Source: Perna viridis (lineage: Eukaryota). From it: 64,000 nt of DNA. The notes under the pieces were generated by a model, which was not told the DNA's origin, searched no databases, and saw only the letters and a program-made list of their open reading frames with translations. The DNA is taken from contig CM074521.1 in the NCBI GenBank assembly GCA_037379345.1, positions 19,492,704-19,556,703 on the forward strand, in the 5' to 3' direction. How positions within the stretch are numbered: the first letter of the stretch is position 1; every line of letters starts with the position of its first letter. Shown piece after piece: positions 41,482 through 54,533 of this stretch. The translations under genes were made by a program, and so were the position numbers.

Positions 41482-41625
41482 ATATTCTGACTTTGTTCCA
41501 TAAATCTAATGTATTGGTACCAATTCTTCTGGTATCTTCATCTGGCTACAGTATTCTGACTTGGTTCCTATTGTCATAAATCTAATGTATTGGTACCAAT
41601 TCTTCTGGTATCTTCAAGCTACAGT
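41482..41625. repeat. ~70-bp tandem duplication
   Basis: cataaatctaatgtattggtaccaattcttctggtatcttca occurs twice. Confidence 0.85.
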
Positions 41626-42362
41626 GGAATGACTTCCTCACATTTGAATGCAAGATCAAAGACTACAAAAGGTCAATGGAAATCTCAGAAGAATATGATT
41701 ATCTCTGGGTATCTTTTATATTCATAACTTGTACCTTACTAAAAGCTTTATATTGATTTGGTGATATTAATGGGCTCTAGTATTTTCATGGTAGACTATC
41801 GGTAATTTAATGGTCAGAGTTAGGAAATAAGATCTGTTTTTTAAGATATGAACCTGATATAAATCTAATGGACTGTAATGACATTTGAAAGGTTATTAAT
41901 GGAAGCTGAGAGGATTTGGATGATTTTTATTTTTCATTGGTCATACAGTTGTCTGACACCTTTTGTGGTAAATTGTTGTTGGATCAATTTATAACTGAAT
42001 TGTTATTTTATGCTATTCAATGTTGTATTTTTTTTCTGTCAAAAATCCATTGAAGTGTTTAATGTCATATTGAATTGATAATTCCTAAGGATCGTTCTGG
42101 AGTTATCAAGCCATTTTTTAAGAAGTAAAGTCATCAAACAGGAAGTTAATGTTGCTTTGGTCTGAAATTAATTCCATTGTATTACATAATAAGCTTATGT
42201 CAAAATTTCATGTGGCTGTGATGAATAGTTGGGGTGAAAACTGTATCAAATAAGTTGCGTTTTGCTAACAAAAGGACCTGAACTGACAAACAGACAGACG
42301 GACACTGCGATCCCTATATACTTCCCACTTTAAAATGGAAGGTATTAGAAAAGATGATTATA

Positions 42363-43165
42363 TGGTCGAACCTTGTTAAGTTGAAGTGGAAGGGACCAGG
42401 CAAAAATGTTTGAGTTATGCAAGGTTTGAGTCATCCAATTTTGAGTGTAACTCAGAAATAGTTTGGTCAATGATTGTTTCTGCATGTACATCATTTGTTG
42501 TACGTGTACATGTATTTCACTTTACTGGGTACTTTGTGATGTCTTGCGTTTCATATTGAAGATATTATTTTGTGTGTTATAGATTATGTTTTAAATACTG
42601 AATGGCATAGAATGTTTTAGGAAAATTTCCGTTTCATATTTTTAACATCGAAAACGTCATAAGTTTATAACATGCTTTGTATGACTCACAATAAGCAGTA
42701 AATTCAAGCAATGTGCTCTACATTACTACAATGAAATTACAGATTTACTAGCGAAAAGAATGTAGTCATTGAAATACACTTACTATTGTCTGTTTGATGT
42801 TTAATTAAATGTTCAGAAACCTTTACAATTCATCTGTATTTTTTAATTTTTATTAATTGTCCAGTGTCAATGTTAGTGTGAATTCCTATGTGTCAATAAA
42901 TAATTTCAAAAGCCATGCTTATCATTGTAAAAAAAATACACTTTGATCATGGTATGCAATAAAGCATCTGTTTCCTGACTAATTAGTTGACTTGGAGACA
43001 TCTGGGTTAATTAACCTTGAAGTCCTGTTGAGGGGACTGATTGAAAACTTTCAGTTATCTGAGTTAAGTCATCCAAGTAAAATTGTATTGGAGTAAGGGG
43101 AGTTTTGCTGGCACTTCGGAATTGGTTTGAGTTATGTGAGAGTTCTACACATCAATGTTCTCCTG
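42363..43165. mobile_element. ~800-bp decayed Tc1/pogo-like non-autonomous element
   Basis: ta|tggtcgaacc left end and gttctcctg|ta right end. gagggac and tttgagttat motifs repeat near both ends. Confidence 0.5.
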
Positions 43166-45214
43166 TATGTCAAAGTTGAGAAATCAAGTTATTCTTGCTA
43201 GATCATGTAGTACAAACATATTCATATATTTGGATGGGAATAATTGTGTTGGAGTTTACCAGAATAAAAAATCCAAGAATATATCTTTTTATGTTAGATT
43301 GTCAGATGTCTATATAAATCTTTATCACTTTGTTATGCTTCTAAAAAAACTTGACTAGAATGTAGTATGGATAAAAATCCTTTGAACAAGATGGCAGGCA
43401 GAGCAAACAGAATCTTCAACTTTAAAGTTGGACTCTTTTTGAACTTATTGTGCAATTTTTTTGTATGAAGAAGTTTTAAAGGATTGTAAGGTAATAATGA
43501 AGCCTGGGATGGTCACTGGCAATGTTCTGCTGGCTTCTGTGTCTATAAGGTTCCGCTTATTGCCAAAGATTTGAAGGATTCAGGCTCCTTGGAAATATTG
43601 ATCTTTTACTTCAATATATCAGACTCTTTATCTGGGAAAAGTAAATGAAAAAGAGTAAATAGCTGTTATGGTGACCTTCCCTATGGTACCAGTAAAGAAA
43701 GATAACTCAAAATCACAACAGTACCTTACAGGATTTATTTCAGGTTGTGTTTAAAAATCAGAAGACCTCTTGTCAAAACTGTGTTACCAATGTCCTCTGT
43801 TTTTTGTAAGGAAAAAAAAATTTGTTTTACAATTTAAAGACCTTGAACTCCACTACGCATTGTACTTCAAGTAGTTTGTTTATCAACATATTATGTATCT
43901 TTCCTAAGTAAAAAATTACCAGTGTTTTTTTTTCCTGTCAAAAATATCTATATTGATTCTTGTCTTTAATTTTCCATTATCTTTTCAATTTTTTTATCCT
44001 TGAACTTTGGGTTTAAAAGACATAGATTAAACATGGGATCATTACACTGTGTCAATACAGGAAAAGATTTTATTATTCTTTTAACCCCCTTAGTTGTAAA
44101 CATGTTTACACTAAACTTTCAAAGACTTTGAAGGCAGAAAAGATAACAAATATGAATATTAATGATGGATATAAATGGCTGGTTGAAGTGTTAAGTTCCA
44201 TTGGATTATACTGCAGTTACTAATATAACTGTATGATTCATTCATGAAGCCATTTTTAGTGACAGAAATGTTGGATGAATTTTTGTTTTTTTATTTTTCT
44301 TTTTTCCAAACATCCGGTCACTTCAAGATCTAGGAGGTGTAGCGAGGTGAAGCTTCAAATGTGCCTTTGGTTAACATACCTACAACCCCAAAAGCTTATT
44401 CTTATTCTACAGCAGCTATCTTCTTTGTTGGTAAAAATTCTTCTTTTAAACCATCTTTTGAACAGATAATCCAAAGCATATTAATATTAATTTTTATATT
44501 CAAAGATATTTACAATTGAAAAGTATGATTTTTTTTCCATCTCGGCATATGGACTTGGTAGTTCAGAATGGCTTCCAGTCAGTTCAAATTCCTTCAATTG
44601 ACCAATTAAATTTGAGTGTGACGTCACATTGAAAATGGGATGAAAGGTTCAAATTATTTTTCTGTCTTTATAACAAAGTTAAGAGGCATGTCAAATTTTT
44701 TTTGTCATTCTTTATATCCAAGGATGTGCTTGAGGTTTTTATAACATAATATGAATTTTTTTATCTTAATATTTCTGGCTGAGCAAGGCATCACAACAAC
44801 CCAAAACATACAATTGATTCCAGGCATAGTCTGACAGGCTAAGATTTAATATAAATACTATATATATATATATACACGTCTGATAGCAGGCAATTTTTTT
44901 GCATGGCCTTTGAGTACTTTGCAAAACTAAGCATCCCCCAGATAATAAGGGTCAAAATTTTTTGTATACCGTTTTGCCTAACCCTGCTATATGATATATA
45001 AATATAATTTAGGCTATATTATTTTCTTCTATAGTATTATATCCCATCTAAACCAAACCCCATTTGGACTGAGGGATTTCTCAGGTTTGGATTACACAGA
45101 CTCCAATTGAATATTGAATCATGTTAATATGAAGTGACTTTAGAATATTTATGGTTTACACTGGTTACTAGTTTATCAAGGGTTCTGTTTAAGACAGGTT
45201 TCAATGTACTTTAT

Positions 45215-45725
45215 TGTAAAGGGTGCACATGACAAGGTGTGTAAAGGATGCACATAACAAGGTGTGTAAAGGGTGCACATGTCAAGGTGTGTAAAGGGTG
45301 CACATGAGAAGGAGTGTAAAGGTGCACATGTCAATATTTGGAAAGGGTCACATATCAAGGTGTGTAAAGGGTGCACATGAGAAGGAGTGTAAAGGGTGCA
45401 CATGTCAAGATGTGTAAAGGGTGCACATAACAAAGTGTGTAAAGGATGCACATGACAAGGTGTGTAAAGGATGCACATGAGAAGGAGTGTAAGGGGTGCA
45501 CATGTCAAGATGTGTAAAGGGTGCACATATCAAGGTGTGTAAAGGGTGCACATGAGAACGAGTGTAAAGGGTGCACATATCAAGGTGTGTAAAGGGTGCA
45601 CATGTGAAGGTATGTAAAGGGTGCACATGTGAAGGTGTGTAAAGGGTGCACATGAGTAGGTATGTAAGGAGTGCTCATGACAGTGTAAAGGCTGCACATT
45701 AAGGTATGTAAATGGCGCACATGTG
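45215..45725. repeat. 25-bp minisatellite (about 20 units)
   Basis: Unit gtaaagggtgcacatgtcaaggtgt. Confidence 0.95.
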
Positions 45726-46188
45726 TATATATACAAGTTTTTTCTTGGAATGCTGTCACCTCTTTCATCACAAAAAATCTAACTGTCCTTCAGACCAAAG
45801 TGTTGAAGTAGTTACATGTAATTATAAAAGCATTCTAAATGAAAAAAATAAACATTTTTGTTGAAGTTCAAAGTAGCTGTGAAAACCTTTAAGCACAATC
45901 AGACTAATCCATGTATCAACCTAAATTATTAAATGACCAATAGGTATACACATGTCCTTCACATTCTGTCTATTGACCTTGATTAAATTTGGTAACCTTT
46001 GTGTTCCTAAAGGTCAATGCCTTTAAATATTAGATCATTGATTTAAACAGTCATTGACAAGTCTAGTCCCATATATCATGTTATATTTATCAATTAAAAC
46101 TTCTCTAAATATAATCTTGGTCTGGTTCATGAACACCCCCTTATAAATGTAAAGCTGTTTTTGCTAAAAAAAAAAAAATGTACTTATG

Positions 46189-46330
46189 TGTTTGTTTATA
46201 TAGAAGAAACACTTTCCTAGCAGTTACATCATACCAAGCCCCTGAAGCAGTCCAGGTGCTTTAATTATTTGTTTTGGGGGCTTGGTATGATGTAACTGCT
46301 AAAAAATTGTTTCCTCTATATAAATAAACA
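46189..46330. repeat. Long inverted repeat (54-bp arms, 34-nt spacer)
   Basis: Perfect 25-bp core TAGCAGTTACATCATACCAAGCCCC / GGGGCTTGGTATGATGTAACTGCTA inside imperfect arms. Confidence 0.9.
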
Positions 46331-47586
46331 GTTTACATCTTAATGTATCTGTGTTAGCATCATGTAGGTTCTCTCCAAGAAAAAATCAATCTTACAAATA
46401 GTTCCACATTATTTGGTTCATGTATTAGTAGTATACTTGTAAGTTAAGTACCAGTCCATATAAAATTCAGACACGGCTCATGGTATAGTGATTCATGCTG
46501 TAGAAAAACCCATGGAACAAACAATGTTATTTCGGTATGCATATGCTATATTTTTATGTGACAATAGTCCTTTCTGTATTTAGATCTACTTTTGAGAAAA
46601 CTGCACTTCAATCTCCCACTAAAACCAACCAGATCAAACCAAATCAAGAATGATAACTCTTGCAAAGTGCTAATTTCATGTACAATCTATATAATTTTTA
46701 TCTCTAAAGTGCAACACCCAAATGAAAAACTAAGACTGTTTATATGGTCTATAGCTGTTTCTGGACCAGATATAAAAGTGAATTTGGTGGGTTTTTGACA
46801 TGCATGAATCACCTCCTGCCTGATTTTTATAAAGACTGCTACTTAATATTGTTTTCCTGATCAACTTTGAAGATGGTGCTATAGTATCCTGATCACAATT
46901 AACTCAGGTGTGGATCCGAAGACTTTGGAAACAGGGAATTCCAGGCACAAGTTTGCACAAAATTAAATAACAAAAATTTGACAGAATGGAGAAGGAGATA
47001 GGGTTCCAATTTCCGATCTCCAGAAACCACCCTTAAATCCATCACTGATACATGGAATTTGACAATTTGAAAGTATAAAAATGAAGAAAAAAACATGGTG
47101 ATTGTTGGTTAACTTAGCCATGAAGCATAAATTGATACTGTTTAAGAATACATTTTTCTACTTTATAAGTTGGTAGTGATTTCACTTTACATCAAAGGTT
47201 CTTACCTGCATTTAGATTTCATAAAAACTGAACCTTATGAACTATATCTACTTGACCTGTTTGAACCTGTGTGACATTGACCCATGTTTACAGAAGAAGC
47301 AGGTCCTGTGGTGATGATGATGGTAGATTTACAGACAGATATTATGGTCATTAGCATCATGGTGGGCAGGAAATACTTAATTGATACATGACTCTCCAAT
47401 AATGTTAGGGCCTATTTTTAGCATGTTTAGATATTTTATCATATTATAAAATTGTAGACATTGGATTATTTTTTGTTATTGAAGAGTTAATCCTTTGGAT
47501 TCTAAAAGAGGGAGGGGGGGCTAGCAATTTTTGGAAATAAATATTCTGGAATTAAGTTTAAAGTAAGACCTGTAGAAAATAAATAA

Positions 47587-48085
47587 AGCTCCAAAGATCT
47601 GCAAAGACGCACAAAGCTTCAGTTCTTTAACAGCAGTGTCAAGGCAGTCTTGTTGTATGGTGTTTAAACATGGAGGACCACTGTCACTACAGTCAAAAGA
47701 ATACAAGACATTCACATAAATACATGTTTGAGATGCATCTCCCATATCTTTTGGCCAAATACAATTAGCTAAGCAGAATAATGGGATACAACTAAACAAA
47801 AACAAGTAGACCAAGAGCTTCTACGGAGACATTTTAGATAGGTACGCACACACTGAGGAAACCACCATCCAACATCATACGATAGGCCCTTATGTGGAGC
47901 TCTCAAGGAAAAAGTAAACGAGGTAGACCCTGTCACAATTGGAAAAGGGATTTGGAGGCAGACATGAAAAGACTGGGAAGGAACTGAAGTGAACTGGAAA
48001 GAACAGCCCAGGACAGGGTGAAATGGAGACAACTTGTAGGCAACCTTAATGCACTAGGAGGGGTAAAAGGCAAAAGTGATAGTGA
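47587..48085 (+). mobile_element. 5'-truncated, decayed RTE-clade LINE (region C-terminal of the reverse transcriptase)
   Basis: Manual translation across stops and frameshifts gives TKLQFFNSSVKAVLLYGV*TWRTT...IFWPNTIS...TLRKPPSNIIR*ALMWSSQGKSKRGRP..WKRDLEADMK...LERTAQDRVKWRQLV, the typical RTE C-terminal motifs. Confidence 0.88.
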
Positions 48086-48565
48086 ACTGTTTTTTATTCC
48101 TTAAATTGCAAGTCTTCATAATTTGATTACAGATTATTGACAAAACACAGATTTTAAATTAGGGACTGTGATAAAGTGCTTTTGATAAGTTCCAATATCA
48201 TGACACATTAATTCCATAGAGACATACTTCCTGGTAGCTTATTATTGTTTAACCATCTGTTAGTGTTGTAATTACTAGAAATGAACATTTGTCATCATCA
48301 TAATGCATAAACATTAGAATCAGGTTAACATGTGTACTGACTCACTTCACAGGGTTTATATAGATCCAGAAATTTTCCCAAAATAATATACAATGATATT
48401 TTCTTTTGTTTAAAGATGCTGTTTCTGAGATTATCTAATGATTAAATGTGAACCTTTGTAGCTGGCAACATCAGTTTCATGTATCCATTTCATAAATCTG
48501 AATAAATAAATTAGAGGTTAGTCATTGCAGAACATGTCATAGTTTTCCTTTCCTCTTTCATCTAC

Positions 48566-48821
48566 CCCAGAATTGACCTTTATGAGCAACTCGGCAGGTG
48601 TTTCTAGAAAGGCAGAGGATGCTTACCCTACCAGTGCACCTGGTCCATGCTCTAAGTTTTTAGTGGAGTCCGAGTTGCTCATTTGCCTTTGTTACTTTGT
48701 ATGTATGATTTTAGTTACTTTATGTTCTTTGCTGTGTATGTCTGTTGTCCACATCTGGTCTTTTTCCCTGGATTACATTCTTTTGATTACCGCTATAACC
48801 TTGGTTCCCTTGATTACTCTT
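48566..48821 (+). mobile_element. Dispersed structured repeat, most complete copy; probably the 3' end or a SINE-like derivative of a retroelement (possibly Penelope-like)
   Basis: Shares gcttaccctacc.gtgcacctggtccatgctc...gagttgctcatt...cttgattactctt with three other copies. All share the same 3' end and have variable 5' truncation. Confidence 0.75.
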
Positions 48822-48846
48822 GTACTTTATTGAACAAAAAAAAGTC

Positions 48847-49025
48847 AAAATTTTACTTTTGACAAGTCAAGATCGTATTTAATAGACCTTAATTTCCTGA
48901 CAAGAGTTAAGTGTCTATCAGTCAGAGGTACTTTCCTCTTCAAAAATTTAAAATTTTACTTTGAACAAGTTGAAATTGTACTTAATAGACCTTGTCTCCT
49001 GATGAGAGTTCTGTGTCTTTCATCT
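48847..49025. repeat. Diverged ~100-bp tandem duplication
   Basis: aaattttacttt..acaagt...ttaatagacctt...cctga..agagtt..gtgtct occurs twice. Confidence 0.7.
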
Positions 49026-49801
49026 TTTGTTACTGGTGAAGAGATTTTGTCTTAACAAATTTTTACATTAGTTATAAGTTGAGACATATGTTGCAGCATT
49101 CTTTTGGTTTGGTTTTGGTTTTTATAGCAAACTCTGTTTCAGATTCCCTTTGTTCAGTGGTCAAATCGAAGGAATGAAACATGGGTTATACTTCCTAAGT
49201 CTGATTCATAAACTGGTGAATCCATCACATACTGGTACAGCAATCAGATGTATTTGCAAGTCAATTTATCACATCATGTTCTAGCAATCAGTACTACCAA
49301 GTAGAAATCTTATTTGATTGCTATGTCAAAGAAAAATCTTCTAGATACTTGATGTGAATTACAGACTAGCTAAAAGTACCTTTAACCTCACACTGTGTAT
49401 ATTATAGCAAAGTGCATAAGAAAATCAGCTGGTCAATTTGTTGGTAGGAAATTCTGACTGTATACAGCTGTTTCAGTGTCAAACTTTTAATTGATTAATG
49501 ACTAAAGGGCTATAGAAGGGTCTGAAAAATTCCCAACCATATTAGAACTGTCAAATTTGCGATGCAAATTTTTGGTCGTTCCTTCTGCAGGACTTTGCAT
49601 TGCAAATTTGACAGGAAATCAAATACTTGTTAATTTGTTCATTAATTGCTTAATACAAGCAAGTCATTTTGGCTTATTAATGTTTGGTGAAGAGGGTGGA
49701 TGGAAGTTCTTTCCACTTTACTGATCTGTGTTGAAGTCCATCTTTCTGGTTTAATAATAAATGGCTTTGGTATCAAATCTATCTGGTTACATTATAAGGT
49801 A

Positions 49802-50009
49802 CTATGAAAGTACTGTTGTTCGTAGGGTACCTGTTTTCGTGGTTTTTGTGGGAAGGCCGAACCATGAAATTTGGTTCCCAACAAAAAGGAGATTTCCATC
49901 GATTGATGTATACTGAAAACCTTAAAACCACAAATTCAAGAACCTTTGAACTTTTGTTTCTTCCCTAATACTCGAAAATTGGTATCCATGAATTAAAGTA
50001 CTTTCACAG
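49802..50009. mobile_element. ~210-bp Tc1/mariner-like MITE
   Basis: TIRs CTATGAAAGTACT / AGTACTTTCACAG with inverted ttttcgtgg / ccacaaa subterminal motifs. A related element lies near 34855-35052. Confidence 0.65.
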
Positions 50010-50574
50010 TTCTCAGATAAAGCTTTTGAAAAATTAATTTAACAATTTGATAACACTTTAACTTATGGGTAGAAAAATGTAGGTTTACAGTGAGCCTACC
50101 CATTTTTTCATATTTGAAATTTTATGTATATTTAGTTTGGTCATTTCTTACTATTAGAGTGCTACAATAGATGCGATCTGTTTAAAGTGTCGCCTAATGT
50201 TTAAGATATCAGGTCTTCAAAGGAATTGCCATTTCCTTCATAAAACGAGGTCCCTATGCCCAAGCAGCCCTCTTCTTGAAGGTCAATGTCCCTTTAAAAG
50301 TACATAATTAGATTTTTTATGCTAAGATTATAAAATTGTGTAGCAGGCTATAGGAAATAAGTTGACAACTATATGTTAGTGATATTTATAGGAGATTATT
50401 TGAATATAATAACTGCAGTGTACTGCACAATGACTGCACCATATGGTAATATTAAGCTATTTATATGTTAGAAATAATGTTAGAAAGAATGTTTCATTAG
50501 CAAGTCTGTGTAATGTTCTTGAACTTTGGAGAGTCTGTTTTGTTCCATGGTAAGTAATGCAGTTGTTAAACAAT

Positions 50575-50706
50575 CCTGTGGTCCTTTTCACAAAAAATCG
50601 GAAATGTAAAATTAGTCATAAGTTAAGACGTCACAATACTTTTACTATGACATCATAACTTACTACTAATTTTACACTTACGATTTGTTGTGAAAAGGAC
50701 CACTGG
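50575..50706. mobile_element. 132-bp fold-back (palindromic) MITE
   Basis: The left arm gtggtccttttcacaaaaaatcggaaatgtaaaattagt... is the imperfect reverse complement of the right arm over about 63 bp, with almost no spacer. Confidence 0.8.
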
Positions 50707-52439
50707 CCTTGATCCTGGGAGAGTGTAATAAAGTTTGTAGGGATATGGAATCTGTCTATCTGTTTGTATGTCCACATTTCTTGTTAATGCAACTCCTCCT
50801 TAACTACTTGAGGTATTTTGATGAAATTTTATAGGAATGTTTGGCATCATTTGTATATGTGTATGAAGGAATGGGGACTGTGGGAGACCTCCAATGGGAA
50901 ATGATTGAAGTTATAATATTTTACTGTTTGCATTTAACTCTATTTGAAATGGGTGGTATATACTTTGTGATATTCAATCTATCTTTCTCACACTCACAGT
51001 ATTTCTAGTTAAACTAAAACATATTATGAGTTTGAAATTTGAAAAATAAATCAAAAGGAGATAAAAAAAAAATAAATTTCTTGATGAGACACTTATTTTA
51101 TACATGTGTGCAGGTTTATGTTGGAAATGAGGCAACAATGGTTGAATAGGACTAACATCCTTTTTAGGATTTTAACCCCACTGTTAGATTCTGAAGTGCC
51201 CCAATAAATTGGCAATGACTTGATAAATGTGTGTTGTTTTAGTTAGAAATGAGGAAGAAATCAAATATAAGTTAAGAATATTAAATAAAGATTTGATCAA
51301 AGTATTTTTTTTCATTTCTGTAATTCTCCAGAGTTTGTTTTGAGAATTTGCCAAACATACATTTGTCCAGCATGCCAAAATCATGATCTGTCTTGTCTGT
51401 TATTTTGAACATTTTGAAATTACCAAGGTCAATTACCAAGGTCAATAAGTTTGATATGGAAATTAGTTTATTGTAATGAAGTTCTCAGGGTTTCATTATT
51501 AAATCTCTGCTATTGAAAAAAGACTGGATTTTCCATGAGTTTTGCAACTGAAAATTGGATGTAGTTACATCTGGGAGAAATTACTGCAAGTCATTATTCA
51601 AATTAATTCATTGTTCTAAAAAGGTTTTTCCATCTCCGCAAATAGGGGTACTATTTAAAAAAAGAAAACAAACCAGAATTTACCTCATATTTTTTTTCTA
51701 AATTCCTAAAATTTGATGTATCCGGAATCAACTTTTTAATGATATTTCCAAAGATTTTTGTCAAATGGTAACATTATTTTTCTTTCACCAAAATGTGAAA
51801 TTTTCAGAAACAGATTACCACAAAGAAAATGATACTTTGATTCAGTTTTTTACCACTTTATCTGTTCTTGTCAATCTCCATCATATTTGCAGTAAATAAT
51901 ATGATTAAATCTGTAGGTCTTCCATCTTTTAAGTCCACTGTCATTATGGTCATTGGCTCGCTCAGTAGGAGAATTCTCAATCATTAGCCAAAGTAATCAA
52001 GTCATAATAGGCCCATGACATGTAGAAAAGGACAATGGAAGATTTTTGGATCAGCCAAGTTCTTGAATTATTCATCAATTAATTATGACTCATTTTTGTC
52101 CCATTCTGTCTGTAGAAAATTTGAATTTTTAATGATAGTTTATTCTTTGTTGTCATTGTGATGGAAGGTTTTCTGATTTCTGTAGGACATTTATAGTGCA
52201 TATACTGCATATCCTATTTGGCGATATTTCTACAGCACATGAGAGGAAATACTGTGCTTTGCAAAGTCCTTGTTAGAATTCAATGAACATTGTTTTTTTG
52301 GAACACTTTCAAAATACTTTTTGGTCACTATACTAAAGATGTGTACTCCTGTGTATTGGTATTATGAAAACAACCTCCAGAAATAAGGTCATGTGATGAA
52401 TATTCAGCCTAGCTTAGTTTATGAGAAGCTCCATATCTT

Positions 52440-54386
52440 TTCCTGTGTCTAAGCACCTTGAGATTTAAGCCAATGACTGAATCGTGTGTGTTATACCATC
52501 AATGCCTGGAAGTTCCCACAAAGCAGAAGATTTTATTTTGGTTTTTGTATTGCGGTTAGTGACAGGAATTTTTCACTTAGCGTTTATTGTGAAGAGGATT
52601 CGTCATCCTATTGTTTATATTTAACATTTTACAGTGTGGGGAGACACAAATAATTGGGTCATAAATCACAAGATGTGTATATTCATATATAAATGTCATA
52701 TTTCTTCTTTTGTCATTAGATGTCAAATACATGTATACTGTAGTGTTTTGTGAATTCGTGTCACTACAAGATCAAATACACTATCTACATTGGTTTAAGA
52801 TACACCTGTAGTTTAATGGGAATATGTTTTTACTTTTGGTCTGAGGAACTTTTGTATCGACTAATTTTAAATTTTGGGAATTAACAGGATGGAAAGAACC
52901 TATAAGGTTTTCATACCAATGATTATCAGGTGTTAGCTGTTACATGTAGTAGACACGTGTACTTCACACAGCATTTCTGGACACTGTTGGATTGTTGACA
53001 AGTGATCAAAGGAAAATCGGTAAGGCTTGCGTAGGTTCCTTTGGTTGGTTCAATAACAGGTACTTGAGAGTCAATATTACGAACTGCATTTGTGGTCTAT
53101 CATATAGTACATAGATTGTTGACAAGTTTGGAGAAGGAAAGGTCAAGGACTAATTTATATTGCTTACTAGAATCTCAACTTTCAGTTACATTTCTATGTT
53201 CAAATGGAAAGAGGAGTTTTCTGTTGACAGCTTTAAGAACCTCATGAAAGGAAACCTTAAATTGATTGTTTGGATGTGAATACTGTTTCATTAAGGAAAA
53301 AGACAACATTTGAAAAGAATCTCTTGAAATTAAAATTGTTTAATGGATTTTCATGCAATTTGATATTGCGAGTAGCAGGAAATTGTTTTTGATGCCAAAC
53401 AGCGCCATAAATATTGAATGATATGTATAGTTCTGGTTTCTTTTAAGAAAACATACTACCATGTGCATACGGAATGCATATCGGAGATAATAAGGCGTTT
53501 CTGACTATACTAAAGTGTTGTTTTATCAGATGGAAATCATATGTGCTTTGATTTTTACTGACAACTTAATTGTAGAATGCTGTATTAACCGACAGTGATA
53601 AAGTAAATCATTTCATATTACATATTAAAAATAATATTCTAGATTGATGTTAAAAGTACACACTGAAGTCAGAAAGACTACTCAAAAATTTCTTCAGATA
53701 GATTGTTTAGGAATTGAAGGTTACGTTCAATCTGTTCTGAATTGTTTAGTGAATTGATATCAGGGAGTTTTGAGTTACTGTGATAGATGTGGTACTTGTA
53801 AGGAAATGCCTCATTTATTTACCTGGGCATGAATAGGTACAACAGCTAAGCTCATAGGAAAAAAAAGTGACCAATTTACATTATATTTTCATTTATTTCG
53901 TCTGGAATAGCCGTGACTACTGCAATTAATTATGATTAGTGTTATACCTGTATGTGTAAATGGTTGTTTGGAAGTGTTTCGTTAATTTACCTGTTCAGGT
54001 TATATTTCGGTAAAAAAGAAATGAATTAAATATCAAATAGTGACCGAGTTTTATATTTGCATATTGGCATTAGATTTATAAAAGGCAAAATATTATTGAG
54101 CTAGAAATTGAAAAAAAAAACGCTATCGCATGCACTCTATATGGGATGATTTTTTTTTGGAAAATTAATACAATTATATAACATAGTGTGGTAACATCAG
54201 TTGATATTTGGATTTATAGGCAAATGGTCCTTAGTGTACGATTAAATATCTATATGTTGTATATTCCAATGGATTTATGTGAATATATATGATAAAAGAG
54301 AAATAGTAAACAAACAAACAAAAAAAACAATTCATTAGTAAATCGAGAAATACTATGGATAGTTAGATAAGGTTAGAGTTAACGCC
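52440..54386 (+). promoter_or_regulatory. CpG-retaining region: probable internal promoter and 5' UTR of the 54387 exon
   Basis: Roughly 25 CpGs in about 2 kb of non-repetitive DNA, visibly more than in the flanking intron. CCAAT near 52470 and an Inr-like TTAGT near 52556. It ends at the ATG exon. Confidence 0.45.
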
Positions 54387-54533
54387 ATGTCTGGATTGTA
54401 CATGTACTGTCTTAAAACTCAGCAAGAAAAAACTTGGATGTCTGAAAAGTATGCTGGACTTGAGCCTCCTCGGAAATATTATGTAGTTAACACTGGAAAT
54501 TACGAATGTGAGCCTTCAGTAAAAGAAGAACAG
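54387..54533 (+). CDS. PRKAG2: Probable alternative first coding exon (49 codons, MSGLYMYCLK...PSVKEEQ) splicing in phase 0 to 57737
   Basis: ATG lies in a good context (aacgccATG). The frame is open for 147 nt and ends at CAG|gtattg (54533/4), followed by T-rich intron-like sequence. Phase 0 matches the 57737 acceptor, and a CpG-retaining region lies upstream. Confidence 0.65.

Noticed and set aside
16775-45771. Repetitive Cys/His-rich ORFs at 16775, 34105, 41161 and 45176-45771
   Set aside because: Translations of the 48-, 33-, 36- and 25-bp tandem repeats, without supporting splice or start context.
10958-48833. Similar ORFs at 10958 and 48573 suggesting a small gene family
   Set aside because: Both are readings of the same non-coding dispersed repeat.
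271-49010. CTGATGA motifs as hammerhead ribozyme cores
   Set aside because: None of those examined is followed by a stem II and GAAA with compatible flanking helices.
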